From positions 122,078,001 through 122,142,000 of the forward strand of contig OX597819.1 of assembly GCA_951406725.2 (NCBI GenBank): a DNA stretch of 64,000 nucleotides, read 5' to 3'. The notes under the pieces are model-generated. The model ran no database searches and was not told the origin of the DNA. It saw only the letters and a program-made list of their open reading frames with translations. The position numbers were made by a program, and so were the translations under genes. The DNA is from Octopus vulgaris (taxonomy: Eukaryota). Shown here piece after piece: positions 25,843 to 38,467 of the stretch. Numbering within the stretch: the first letter of the stretch is position 1; every line of letters begins with the position of its first letter.

Positions 25843-26544
25843 ATGTATGTATGTATGTGTGTAATGTTTGTGTGTCTATGTTTGTCCCCCCAACATCGCT
25901 TGCCAATCGATACTGGTGTGTTTACGTCCCCGTAACTTAGCGGTTCGGCACAAGTGACCGATAGAATAAGTATCAGGCTTACAAAGAATAAGCTCTGGGG
26001 TTGATTAGCTCGACTAAGGGCGGTGCTCCAGCATGGCCGCAGTCAAATGACTGGAACAAGTAAAAGAATAAAATGATAAAAAGTATTTAAATTTTCTTCA
26101 TATGTGAATTATTTTGGAAATTATAAATTTTTCGAAAAGTCCCAAATGGGGATCGCTGAAAAAAAAACATTTTTATCCTTTTTTTATTCACTTACAATAA
26201 TAAACATTTTAGTTTCTTTTTTTTTTTTTTTTTGGAAACTATAGTATCAGATGCGAATGTGTATGAAATATCAATGAATGATATAGATGGAGAATGCAAA
26301 AAAATTTTTTTTAAAGTTTTCAAAACCTTTAATATTTTTGTAGTTCAAAATTTTACGATTTATAACATAAAAAGGCCTCTAGAATTAGCCAGAGTTAATA
26401 ATGACAAACTTTAACAACTAAATATTGTTAAACACACCTCTGTAAATGCAATGTATTTAAGCAATTCACTTTAGATACAACGAACAACCGGCACTGAGAC
26501 TAATTTTCGCAGATCCCCAAATGGGGCTCATGGCAGGCAATGGG
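25467..26544. mobile_element. piggyBac-like non-autonomous element
   Basis: TTAA|CCCATTAACTGCCA ... TGGCAGGCAATGGG|TTGA: CCC/GGG termini, 14-bp TIRs, TTAA-type target; internal repeated CCCAAATGGGG. Confidence 0.7.
25543..26075 (+). mobile_element. SINE family A, full length, nested in the piggyBac-like element
   Basis: Consensus match. Confidence 0.9.
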
Positions 26545-27291
26545 TTGAACATTCGGTTAATCAATCAATCAGTTGTGTTCGCCAAAGTTCTTTTGTCACC
26601 ATTCCAGACTTGATGTGTTGACCTGGAATAAATAAAGCATGTCATTGAAGAGGCTGCAAATAGCGATGAGAGGACTTTGACAAATACATCTGTTTGATTG
26701 ATTAACCAACGATTAAACCAACTGACGAATAATGAAGAAGTGGGATAGAACCAGTGCGTGTGCTCATTATTGGCATTATGACCCTCTCGAGATACAACAA
26801 AATTTTCAATTTAAATTTGAAATATTTAGGGAAGTTTCGGCCACTTAGCTGATCTGAAGCGTCGTAGAATTCCAGTTACGAAGTATATAAAAGTGGAATG
26901 GAGAGCCTTGATTTAACAGTGTTCTGACAATCCTATAAGAACAGTCGAGGTTTGATAAAAGAATCGTTGGAATGGGAAGAGTGAGAGAGTTAAAACACTT
27001 GTGGATGCTGAAACTATTGAAGCCGGTGACTTCGATGAGAGAAGTTCTGTGAGAGGGTTGATGTGCTCAATGCAAGACGAGAGATAGTCAAACAATTGCT
27101 GTTAATATTTGTTGGAATTCGAAACTGGAAAGTTCGTGCCGATTTATAGCTTAGCTTTCGACTTATTTTAGAACATGGTTGAGTCTATAAAAAAGGATTT
27201 GACTACACCTCCATTTAGAGCACAGCTTAAGCTATCTTTTCGTGGAAGAAGGTTTATGTTCCTATAACCTGTGTTAATTCTGTAACCCTTT

Positions 27292-27345
27292 AAAATGGAA
27301 GATAAGAAAGTTCATTTTCGGCACTTGATGCTTTGGGAACCAGAT
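27292..27345 (+). pseudogene. mariner transposase N-terminal relic
   Basis: ATGGAAGATAAGAAAGTTCATTTTCGGCACTTGATGCTTTGGGAA encodes MEDKKVHFRHLMLWE, resembling mariner N-termini; very short. Confidence 0.5.
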
Positions 27346-27406
27346 AAAATAGCAGTTGAAATTAGAGGAGCGAAATAGGTAAACCTATGTTTAAACGGAA
27401 TTTAAA

Positions 27407-27630
27407 CAATTTAAACGGAACATTACCAGTATCAAGCACATTGGTTTTGGAGTCCCTTCTTCTAGACACAGTACATAAAAAGGAAACAAAATGAATGCAG
27501 ATTTTTTTATTCTAAGTCTTAATGACTTAGAATTTAAAAAATCTGCATTCATTTTGTTTCCAATGCCCATGGCTATTTCAGGCTCTCCAAAACCGATGTG
27601 CTTGATACTGGTAATGTTCCGTTTAAATTG
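27407..27630. repeat. Palindromic MITE-like element
   Basis: Outer arms CAATTTAAACGGAACATTACCAGTATCAAGCACAT and complement; inner arms GGAAACAAAATGAATGCAGATTTTTT..ATTCTAAGTC and complement. Confidence 0.8.
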
Positions 27631-28251
27631 TAGGATATCACCTCAATGAAAGATGTGAACAGGGAGAATATTCCTGAGGGAAAATCTTCTGGGAAAGGAG
27701 CGTGTACAGTGATAAATGTGAGGCCGTGAAGCTGATGAGGGGTAGGGACAGACAAGTGGATCGGAATTTCTTTAGTGATGGATGTACGAGGACAGCCAGC
27801 TCCGAGGAACAAGGGCCATTCTAGTAGCGATACAAGAGACAGAATGAGGAAGCAGTGTACCTGTTGATCAAAAGCATCCTCCGTGACTGGTTGGAGGTAG
27901 GGATGAAGTAAAACTCAGACAGGAGACTAAGCTCGAATACGTGTAACAGTTCTCAGGTTGCTGTACCAAACTCGTTGCCAGGTGAAGTCGGCCATAGAAA
28001 GACAGGAATTCTCCCTCCAACTGACACCCACGCAATTTTCGCCCGCCCAATTTCACCCACTGGTTTCTTGCTGTTAATGACATCAGTGAGATAAGCGGTT
28101 AATAGGGAAGGTTCTAGATAGGCGTAGATATTGATTTTTCAGAGCAAAGTTGAAATATAGGAAGAAGACCGCGCAGATAAAGAGATAGAAAATACTTAGA
28201 TACCCCGTTTGCAGGAAATGAAATGATTAAGTATATGATACCATGCTTAAA

Positions 28252-28665
28252 TACGGTGAACTGGTAGAATTGTTAGCGCGCCGGGCGAAATGCGTAGCTG
28301 TATTTCGTCTGTCGTTACGTTCTGAGTTCAAATTCCGCCGAGGTCGACTTTGCCTTTCATCCTCTCGGGGCCGATAAATAAAGTACCAGTTACGCACTGC
28401 GTCGATGTAATCGAATTAATCCGTTTCTCTGTCCTCGTTTGTCCCCTCTATGTTTAGCCCCTTGTGGGTAGTAAAGAAATAGGTATTTCGTCTGTCGTTA
28501 CGTTCTGAGTTCAAATTCCGCCGAGGTCGACTTTGCCTTTCATCGTCTCGGGGTCGATAAATAAAGTACCAGTTACGCACTGGGTCGATGTAATCGACTT
28601 AATCCCTTTGTCTGTCCTTGTTTGTCCCCTCCATGTTTAGCCCCTTGTGGGTAGTAAAGAAATAT
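28252..28665 (+). mobile_element. SINE family B tandem dimer (sense on +)
   Basis: Junction AAAGAAATAG|GTATTTCGTC at ~28482. Confidence 0.9.
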
Positions 28666-29503
28666 ATATGCTACTATACATAGTGTAATGCGCATAATAT
28701 TTAAATTGACATTGAAAAGAGGGTAACATTGGCTTGAGGATTAATGTTAAATATGGCTAGGGCAAAAGAGTAACAAATTTTAAGGAGGAAGAGCAGTGAG
28801 TGGCAAGGAAAAATGAACGGGCCGTTGTCTGTTATTTCTTCTGACGCGGTTCAATACCAGATTAACCTTGATTAAAGGGGCCAACAATCAAAAGCGTTCA
28901 AACCATCTCTGCCCTATACTTTATTATCTTATCCAGAATTACATTATCCAATGTGTCCTTCCTCATTTTAAAACTGTCGAATGTAACCTGAGAGAAGTTC
29001 TAACTGCTATTTCTAGCAACGATCCTTGGTTGAATTCCGTTTCTTTGTGTTCTTGCTGCCTTTTAGACACAAATAACACCCTATCAAACAAACCTATTTC
29101 CTGACACATTCTCAGAAGACCACCTAGTCTTCGTAGAGGTTCTTTAGAACTACATTTTGTAACGTTTATTTATTTATAGCAGTAGGGTGGGGTTTCAAAG
29201 AATTTCAGGGGATTTCTGTGTTCTTTCTAACCAAATCAAAGAGGGAGATTAAGGATTTTCTTTAGTTCTCTTTCACGTGTTTTAGTCACTGGACTCGGCC
29301 ATGCTGGGAGAACTGCAGTGAAGTGTTTAGTCGAACAAAGTGATCCCAGGAATTATTTTCAAATTCTGGTGCATATTCTCTATCGGACTATTTTGTCGAA
29401 CCGTTAAGTTACGGGGACGTAAACAAAGCAACACAGATTGTCAAGTCGAGAGAGAGGACAAACACAAAGACACATTGCGCACTCCTTGTTTCTTTCTGTG
29501 TTC

Positions 29504-29539
29504 CTTTCTGTGGAGGAGCGTATACTCGAAACGTAAAAG
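29504..29539 (+). ncRNA. Minimal hammerhead-like motif (A6U variant) in a solo Penelope-like LTR fragment
   Basis: cttt-CTGTGGA-g-gag cgtata ctc-GAAAC GTA-aaag; downstream 29540-29625 resembles the minus strand of 36620-36745. Confidence 0.55.
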
Positions 29540-29656
29540 ACTTTTTCAATTCCCGAGCGTTATACTAATACATGTTTCTTTTCTACACCACTTGTCTTCG
29601 TCTTTTGTTTTTTCGTGAATTCTCCGTGTGTATATATATATCTCTGTCTGTCTGTC

Positions 29657-29715
<59 letters not shown>

Positions 29716-29779
29716 ATATATATATATATATATGTATACCACTTGTTAATCCGAGGGGAGGCAATGTGAGCAGCAACTA

Positions 29780-30295
29780 AAGGAACATTACAAAATCCAC
29801 AGAAAGATCAAACACAAACATATATTCATATATTCATTTATATCTGCAGAACAGATATAAAGTCCGACGTTTAAAGATATAATAATATATAAATGAATAA
29901 ACATCATATAAAATATATATAAATATATAAAAATCAGTGTTCAATATATAACACATTGAATTTACGCTTAAAATCATAAAACATTTGGTAAAAATTTGTT
30001 AAGTAAAAAATTTGAGATAATAAAACATACAATGACATATTAAAATGACGCATTAAAATTCCAGATAAAATAGAGAAAAGATAAATATACAAATTACAAA
30101 AGTACAAAAATACAAAAATACAAAAATTTATTAATTCAAAAATACAAAAAAACGTAAATTCAATGCGTAATATATGTGTTATTTATGTATTATTATATTT
30201 TTAAACGTCGGACCTTATATCTGTTCTGTAGATATAAATGAATATATCAATATATGTATGTGTTTGATCTTTCTGTGGATTTTGTAATGTTCCTT
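29780..30295. repeat. Inverted repeat, ~96-bp arms (29780-29875 / 30200-30295)
   Basis: AAGGAACATTACAAAATCCACAGAAAGATC...CCGACGTTTAAA is mirrored. Confidence 0.85.
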
Positions 30296-30555
30296 AACGG
30301 ACGGGAAATATAGGCAAAGACACTATACTCGGAATGTTCGCAGCTGAGTTTTTCTCGTCCGTCAATGACCCAAAATATCATAGTGGTTTCGCGCCATTAC
30401 CATTGAGATCACTCAATCATGGAGGCGCCAGTGCTTATATTAAGCTGCTGGAGAAAAGTTCAAACGAAGAATTAGGCATATACAACAGCATGATATATAT
30501 TTTCAGTAATAGTTTCAAGAGATATATAATCCTGGCGGTTACTGCGGTCGATTCA
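30219..30555 (+). repeat. Dispersed ~335-bp repeat, copy 1 (copy 2 at 33412-33747)
   Basis: Near-identical direct copies. Confidence 0.9.
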
Positions 30556-30820
30556 TTCGATTAAATATCTTTCGCGGCATGTACTCTTTATTAAAGAGTA
30601 CACATCAATTATCAATTATTAAGCATGCAAAATTTCCTCTAAAATACGAGATAAATAAAATTTTAATGCGATTTTTTAAAAAATGTTTTCGAAAAATCGG
30701 ACAGTATTTTCCAACAACCTAATATTTTAAAATATTACAGTATCTACTGAATATGGAGGTTTGTTTCATCGTTAAGTGTATTAGATAACTCACACTTATA
30801 CACGCATACACATACACACA

Positions 30821-31100
30821 GTGGAGGCACATGGCCTAGGAGGACTCGCGGTCGAGGGAAACCGGGGTTCGAATCTCAGACCGGGCGATGTGAGTGTTTA
30901 TGAGCGAAACACCTCAACTCTGGAAGAAGATAATGGCGGACTTCTGCTAACCCTTTCGCTGCAACCTTTTCTCACTCTTTCTTCCTACATTAGTAGCTCA
31001 CCTGAGATGGACCGGCGTCCCGTCTCGGTGGGGAACCTATACGCCAATGAAACCGAGAAAGCAGCCCTTATGAGCCAAGTATGGCTCGAAAAGGAACAAA
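30821..31100 (+). mobile_element. SINE family C variant
   Basis: Homologous to 17572-17872. Confidence 0.8.
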
Positions 31101-31149
31101 CAACACACACATACACACATGCACACACCCATATATACATGCACACACA

Positions 31150-31198
<49 letters not shown>

Positions 31199-32509
31199 GT
31201 ACATATATGCACACAACTATTTCTAACAGTTATAATACAGGATTATGTCTTCTGTGATTCGGTATTATTTTAAGCCATACATCCTTTCCTCACTTTAAAG
31301 AAAAATCTTCTTGCACAGGCATTGCATGATAACAACATTGTTCATAATTGTTGATGGTACTGTGAGTCTCAACTGAATGGCTGGCTGTAGCCTTAAAAAA
31401 CAAATAGAAGTCACATTCGATCACAACACCAATAACAGTTAAGCTTCGTGCAACGGCCATACTCGATAACGAGGGGGCAGCTATCATGTATGTATGTTTG
31501 CTATCTCTACGATGGTGGTTTCTGTAAACAGCTTTTCAATCCATTAATGCTACTAATAAAATTTACACGTCTCTGGCGATTTGACAATAAGTCTTGATTA
31601 TGTAATTTACATTGTGTAACTAATAACCTACTTATGTCAATGAAATGTACGTAAGATGATGCAACTAAATATCTTAACAACCTCTAGTGTTTTGTTTTGT
31701 TTCATATATACGTGTGGTTGCATTTATGCGCATGATTATGTATGTATGTATGTAAGCATGCATGTATGAGTATATATATGCGTATGCCTATATAAGAGTG
31801 TATGCATCTATGTGTGTGTGTGTGCGCGTTTCTCTGTTTATCCTTACTGTAATTTATTTAACAATTGAAAGGTGTAGATTAAATGCATATGTAGCTAGTC
31901 TATTGCAAGAGCATACTGTGTTTGCTAAGTTAATGATTGAGAAATGTTGAGTACGATATATTCCGCTTTCGCGGCTTCACAAAATTAATGTTTCAATTGT
32001 TTTGAAGTTTATAAACGTCTACTTTGAGCCATCAATATGAGTAAATTCTGAGATTAGAATAACTTAGCTCTATTTAGATACGATGGCAGGTTGATTTCCA
32101 AATACTTTAATAGATAACCATCGTAATCGTTATCTCAGTGAGTGTTTTTGTTTGTTTTGGGAAGTGGTTTTTTTTTATTGTTGTTTGCTGTTATTGTTGT
32201 TCTCTTCGCTGATTCATTCGCTGTTCATTATTTTCATTTACAGATAGCGTCGACAGTGGACATTGCCTTCGCTAATCTTAGCCAATCAAAATCTAGTAAC
32301 GAAACCGGATTTACTTTTGTTCGCTTCTCTAGTCATTTAAATAGATTATTTACTGTTTTTGTGTCTGTTTACGTAATGGACAGCCTTACCAGACCTCGTT
32401 CCTGTTTTCACTTTTTGTTGTTAGTCAGGTATTACAACAACAAAAAGAAAAAGTGAAAAAAAATCCGTCTTTATCATTTTCTTCAGATTTCAACAGAGAA
32501 GTTTTCAAT

Positions 32510-32545
<36 letters not shown>

Positions 32546-32584
32546 TACATACATGCATATATATATACATGCATACGCACGTAC

Positions 32585-32727
<143 letters not shown>

Positions 32728-32742
32728 TATGAATATATAGAT

Positions 32743-32777
<35 letters not shown>

Positions 32778-32784
32778 TAGATAT

Positions 32785-32843
<59 letters not shown>

Positions 32844-33411
32844 TCATACATACATACATACATACATACATACATACATACATAAATACATGTATGTGTG
32901 TATGGGTGGGTGGATGTGTGTATTTGAATGTATTTATGTATGTATAAATGCATAGAAAAAGTATCTACATGCACAATACAATGTGGAAACGTGGGGTAAA
33001 GTGTGAGCTTAAATTAGCACATGTATATGTAAACTAGAAAAACACGAAGCCAATGAAAAGAGCAATTTATTTGTTTAGTGAGAAAAGGAAAGACAACGCC
33101 TTTGACATTTTGCAGAAACTTTCGTACTGGTAGGAGAGACAAGCAGAAGATCATACATACATACATACATACATACATACATACATACATAAATACATGT
33201 ATGTGTGTACTTTGCTAAAGGTGCCCAAGGCCAAATAGTGGTGCTAAAGCAGATGGCCTCCACGCAATCATTTAGCCTGCTACAAATAAATCAAATCTTC
33301 CTCAAAGCACAACTTATCATGTATATTAAATAATGTAAGCCCTGATATACAATAAAAAAAGATACAAGATGATTCCGATCGGAACATCTTTGATCCTGAA
33401 ATTTTCTCACT

Positions 33412-33747
33412 CTGTTCTGTAGATATAAATGAATATATGAATATAGGTATGTGTTTGATCTTTCTGTGGATTTTGTAATGTTCCTTAACGGACGGGAAAT
33501 ATAGACAAAGACACTATACTCGGAATATTCGCAGCAGAGTTTTTCTCGTCCGTCAATGACCCAAAATATCATAGTGGTTTCGCGCCATTACCATTGAGAT
33601 CACTCAATCTTGGAGGCGCCAGTGCTTATATTAAGCTACTGGAGAAAAGTTCAAACGAAGAATTAGGCATATACAACAGCATGATATATATTTTCAATAA
33701 TAGTTTCAAGAGATATATAATCCTGGCGGTTACTGCGGTCGATTCAT
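33412..33747 (+). repeat. Dispersed ~335-bp repeat, copy 2
   Basis: Matches 30219-30555. Confidence 0.9.
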
Positions 33748-34401
33748 TGTTATATACGTTCATTAAGCGGTGGCCTTGAGTAAGATCAGAGAACAGGATA
33801 TGCTTGACCATTTTTGCGTATGGTATTTTTCTTTTATTCCATTGTCACAGGAGTTGATGTTTTTTTCAATAATTGTTCGGATTTATAGGGATTTTGTTCT
33901 TGTCAGCACATCGGTATTTGTGGCATAATCATCCTGACTGACGTTCAATATTGATTGTTTAATCGATTTAATTCGATTTTCAATAACGTGTAATTATTAC
34001 AGATTTTACAACTAAAGTACCGTGATAAGGGCACAACAATTGGGGTCTCAATTTACAATTGCAAAGGACGCAGTGAATGAGATGCCCAATGGCTTTATGG
34101 GTTGTTGCTTGTAGCCGATTGGTGATGTTATGTTCGAAGGAGAAAGAGTTGGACAAGATGTTGTCAAGTTAGGTAAAGAATGAAACTCCGTCAACGAGAA
34201 ATTCGAAGTAATCGTCTTTCTACTTTGTGTAGATATTGAGCAACAGTTCTTTTCTTTTCAATCAAATCGTATGCGAGAACAAATGCATAGAAGGAGGTTT
34301 GTTCAAGTTACAACGCCATCACCGTTAGCATCTTTCTGCTCACTGATGATGGTAGAAGTTGTATTGCTTTTCTATATAAATTATCCAAGGTTAAAGAATC
34401 G

Positions 34402-34492
<91 letters not shown>

Positions 34493-34524
34493 GTATGTAT
34501 ATATATGTATGTATGTATATATAT

Positions 34525-34689
34525 ACGACGGGCTTCTTTCAGTTTCCGTCTACCAAATTCATTCACAAGGCTTTGGTCGACCCGAGGCTATTGTAGAAGA
34601 CGCCTGCTCAAGCTGTCACGCAGTTGGACTGAACCCGGAACCATGTGGTTGAGAAGCAAGCTTCTTACCACTCATCCGTACCTGCGCCT
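34525..34689 (-). mobile_element. SINE family A head
   Basis: Consensus match ending in (TA)n. Confidence 0.85.
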
Positions 34690-34794
34690 ATAATAGAGAT
34701 ACCACTCTGTAGTTTCCACAAATCTCATATCTACCATTTTTTGCGGAAATGGTTATAACATTGACATCTTCAAAATCGCCAATGGTAGATCTTT

Positions 34795-35120
34795 TAAAGA
34801 TTGTTTGCCAACATAACATGACAGTCCAGGTCTAGGACGAATGTTGCTGTAATTTAGCCCCAGGAGACATCGTCTCCAGCTGATCTGTGTCCTTACATTT
34901 TCGAACAAGGGAATCTAGCACCCCCACTCAGCTCAAAACAATATCTGTGTATCGCGATTTCCGGGTTATATTCCTTCATCAGCACAGAATAATTGTTCGA
35001 AAATGTAGGTACACAGATCGTGTCGTATAGCCAGCTGGAGACGATGTCACCTGGAGGCTAAATTACAGTAACATTAGTCCTAAACCAAGACTGCCATGTT
35101 ATGTTGGCAAACAATCTTTA
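34795..35120. repeat. Fold-back cassette: inverted arms 34795-34908 / 34993-35120 around a hammerhead
   Basis: TAAAGATTGTTTGCCAACATAACATG...TCGAACAA is mirrored by TTGTTCGA...CATGTTATGTTGGCAAACAATCTTTA. Confidence 0.85.
34945..34987 (-). ncRNA. Minimal type I hammerhead ribozyme, canonical core
   Basis: ctgtg-CTGATGA-aggaatataacccg-GAAAT cgcg ATA-cacag; 5-bp stem I, palindromic stem III ATCGCGAT, short stem II. Confidence 0.8.
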
Positions 35121-35249
35121 CTACAAAGTACTATTGCTGAATATCCCACTTTGTGAGGTTTAAAAATAGTAATTTTCTAAGGTAGATCTTTTATTCCATA
35201 CTCACAAAAATCGCTTGTTGGAGATGAACTTTCAAAGATCTTAATCCTC

Positions 35250-35435
35250 GGGATAATATTAAAAAGTTGTGGGCCCCTGAAACCCAGGCTGTTGCAGTAA
35301 CTGGTTCTGAAGCGCGATTGCATTGCTGGGATTTTTGGCACTGTGTAGTGGCCACCCATTCTGGCATTTGTGTAGCTTTCAACGTCAAAATTTGGGTCAA
35401 TCCCTTCCAGGATCTTTCAGACGTATATTACTACG
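35250..35435 (-). pseudogene. CR1-like LINE ORF2 C-terminal fragment
   Basis: HYTVPKIPAMQSRFRTSYCNSLGFRGPQLFNI, homologous to 41230-41810. Confidence 0.75.
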
Positions 35436-36019
35436 TATTCAGCAGGAACGTAACCGGGAACAGGAGCTTTGATTCCATATAACTTGCAGATGGTATTATC
35501 CAGTTTATTGAGCGTTCGAAATGCTAACATCTACGGCTGTTTGAGACTCGTGGGAGGATCAACATAGCTGTTATGGGAATTGTTGGTTGTCGGATCAGTA
35601 GTTGTTGAAGAGTTTAATCCAATGGTTTGAGACTGCTTCCACATCTATCAAATGCTTCCACTTTGAGCTCTCGGTGGCGTTGATACTGTCCTGTCACGTC
35701 ACGTCTGCAGTTGGAATGGGTATCAAAGTATGACAGCCTAAGAGCCATTATAGTTGCTATAAGCCTACCCAAACAGATGATTTGTTTAAGTAGTGGAGGC
35801 TTGTCTAGGATCAACCACACTTTTCGGAAATGCTGATAGTAGAAAGATGGAGTAAATGTTCGTCAAAGCTATCATTGAACAACTTGTCCCAGGCTTTTCT
35901 ATTTGAGTTACCAATTGTCGAAGTTAGAAACCGGTTCTTTCTCTATTGGCAAGAAATCTTGAAATAAACTGAATAATGACATACATATACATACATACAT
36001 ACATACATACATACATACA

Positions 36020-36053
<34 letters not shown>

Positions 36054-36094
36054 CATATACATATTTGCATGTATTCGTGCATATATATATATAT

Positions 36095-36590
36095 ATTATA
36101 TAAAATCCGTTCTGTCTGTCTGTCTGTGTGTCTTCTAGGATCTCGGGCATCCTCCATCCGATTGTGCTCAAATTTTATGTGTAGATACCGACGGTATCAG
36201 GGCGTGTATAAGTCTTGGAAAACTTACAAAAATCGATTCCAGGTGAGAATGCGATTGATAAAGCCGTGGGAACGTGCATTTGTACGCGCAAGTACAGCAG
36301 ATGTTGCGATCGATACTACGCGTACGCGAGAAAATGCACGTGCAGTTTGCGCAAAAAATCCGGCAAAAGAGATATTTTCTTCAAACTTGGCATGAAGGAA
36401 GGAAAGACAATTTGGTTTCTCAAGAAGTTTCTTTTTTTTTTTTGCCTTAACTTCGTTTAACAAAACCAAAAATTTTATTGAAATAAAGGCATGCTTAATT
36501 ATTTTTTAATGAAAAGAAAACACTGATTGCTTTTTATTCAGCAAATATGATTCAGCACCGTCCATTGGACGGGGGGGCGTTTTGGTCGTA
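36095..36590 (-). mobile_element. Possible second Helitron/Lep1-style non-autonomous element
   Basis: TATAAAATCCG-(TCTG)n...CCATCCGATTGTGCTCAAATTT architecture mirrors the end of 9511-10262; between (TA)n tracts. Confidence 0.4.
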
Positions 36591-36745
36591 TATATATATA
36601 TATATATATATATATAACGGGAAGCTTTATGAAAATAGACAAAAGACGAAGGCAGGTTTACGGAAATAAACAAAAGACGAAGGCAGGTGGAATACAAACA
36701 AACAATTGTATTAGTATGGCGCTCAGGAAATATAAATAAAACAAG

Positions 36746-36783
36746 TCTTTGACGTTTCGAGCCTACGCTCTTCAACAGAAAGA
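36746..36783 (-). ncRNA. Minimal hammerhead-like motif (A6U variant) in the 3' region of the Penelope-like element
   Basis: tcttt-CTGTTGA-a-GAGC gtag GCTC-GAAAC GTC-aaaga; loopless ACGT stem III. Confidence 0.7.
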
Positions 36784-37374
36784 TACACAGAGAAAAAACA
36801 CAGAAAGAAGGAGAGAAAAAAAATTTGCGTGCAGAAGCTAGCGAATCAACATGGCGATCTGATTTCGGCCAGAAGTCAAAGATCAAACATGAGACGCAAG
36901 AGCGAAATTAGGGGAGATAATAGGGTTGAATGACCTCACTCCAACATAAGAGTGTGTGTGTGTGTATGAGAAGAGTGTGTGTGTGTATGAGAGAGTATTA
37001 GTGCGTATGAGAGGTCTGGACGTGTGTATGTATATATGATGTGATGTGTAAAGTCGTATGGTGTAGAGAGAGGAGAGAGGAGAAGAGGGGGAGGGGGAAG
37101 GGGGAGAGGGGAGGGGAGGGGGAAGGGGAAGGGGGAGAATGAAGGAGAGGAGAAGAGGAGGGGGAGAAGGAAGGAGAGGAGGGAGGAAAGAGGGAGAGGG
37201 GGAGAGAGAGAAGGGGAGTGAGGGAGCAGAGGGAAGGGGAAGAAGGAAGAAGGAGGGAGGGAGAAAGAGGGAAGAAGGGAAGAGAGTAGGGGTGAAAGGA
37301 TGAAGAACTGAAGAGAAGTAGGGGTCGGGGAGAGGTTAGATGAGGAGGGGGAGAGGGGGTTAGATGAGGAGGGG

Positions 37375-37686
37375 GGAGAGTTGAGACCAAATGGCGTATA
37401 AGAGCGAAGAGAGAAGATTAATTCCTGTTCACGGCGCAAACGGGAATCCGGATGGCCTCTGTGTAAGGACAAACCGAACACAGACAGGTGTTGCAAGGAG
37501 TGACCGGTGGAGCGGAAATGGCGTGAGACCGGTGTGTCGTTCGCAAGGCGGATGTCACGAAGGTGTTCCGCGAACCGGTCAGCCAAGCGGCGTCCCGTTT
37601 GTCCGATGTACAGGGAATGGCAGAGAGAGCAAGAGACGCAATAGATAATATTGCTGGAGGTGCAGGTGAAGGAGTTGATGATGCGA
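37375..37686 (-). pseudogene. Penelope-like retroelement GIY-YIG endonuclease C-terminal relic; element remnant spans ~36610-37690
   Basis: RIINSFTCTSSNIIYCVSCSL/HSLYIGQTGRRLADRFAEHLRDI...VSRHF...H...RLRREQELIFSLRSYTPFGLN, with one frameshift. Confidence 0.9.
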
Positions 37687-37759
37687 CTGTAAATACTTGA
37701 TCAGTGTAAGCACCTGTATACGCCAGCTAGTGGCAGAGGTGAGGAGGTATATATGGGTA

Positions 37760-37959
37760 TATCATATCTCCCTGAGAGAGTGTATTTGTAAAATTTCATA
37801 ACCAAATAGAAGAGGAATGAACTCATTCAAATCTATTTAACATTCACTCTATGTTGTCTGGTGATACAGTATGGACAGATTTTCGAAATCCAATGATACC
37901 CTATACGCCTATTTGGTTATGAAATTTTACAAATACACTCTCTCAGGGAGATATGATAT
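37760..37959. repeat. Perfect ~50-bp inverted repeat (37760-37809 / 37910-37959)
   Basis: TATCATATCTCCCTGAGAGAGTGTATTTGTAAAATTTCATAACCAAATAG and its reverse complement. Confidence 0.9.
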
Positions 37960-38038
37960 ACCTATTATTATGGATAATACTACATGTACTTTTCATATTT
38001 TTCATGGTGTGATGTAACTCTTTGGAATAACAATGCAT

Positions 38039-38129
38039 GCGGCTGAGGAGAGCTTTAAACCATCCTTTATATCTATTATACACTGATGTAAGAACAGGTC
38101 GTTTATAAAGCTTAAAACACGTGTACCGC
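38039..38129 (+). ncRNA. Type I hammerhead motif, probably inactivated (G12A)
   Basis: gcgg-CTGAGGA-gagcttta...taaagctt-AAAAC acgt GTA-ccgc; palindromic stem III ACACGTGT. Confidence 0.7.
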
Positions 38130-38384
38130 GACATCCTTTGTGTTCTGCTTTTGATTTTATTTGATATACATATATATATATATATAAGAAGGTGAATGAA
38201 TTATCCTAGTATGGATAATTCGGTTAACCGATACCTGGGTAGCAAATTCACGTCAGAAAACACGGTTGAAGCTATATGCCAAGGGCAGGGATCCCGTGTT
38301 CTCGTGTGTAAATTTGTGTGTGTTTTTTAACTATGAATAAATGAAAGAATGGAGTCGAACGACGATTTTAACAAAATTCCTTTA

Positions 38385-38467
38385 CTCTCGACACATGTTT
38401 CGAAGGCTGCATATTCCTAATTCCGAAGGAATAAAGGGTGCATTATGCCGCCATCTCATCAGGAAAG
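38385..38467 (-). ncRNA. Type I hammerhead ribozyme, canonical core, extended stem II
   Basis: ctttc-CTGATGA-gatggcggcat...atgcagccttc-GAAAC atgt GTC-gagag. Confidence 0.8.

Noticed and set aside
27640-28200. Possible decayed L1 ORF1 (also 43970-44440) and faint mariner-like relics (10480-10750, 26780-27200, 34070-34380, 35480-35900)
   Set aside because: Similarity too weak to support by eye
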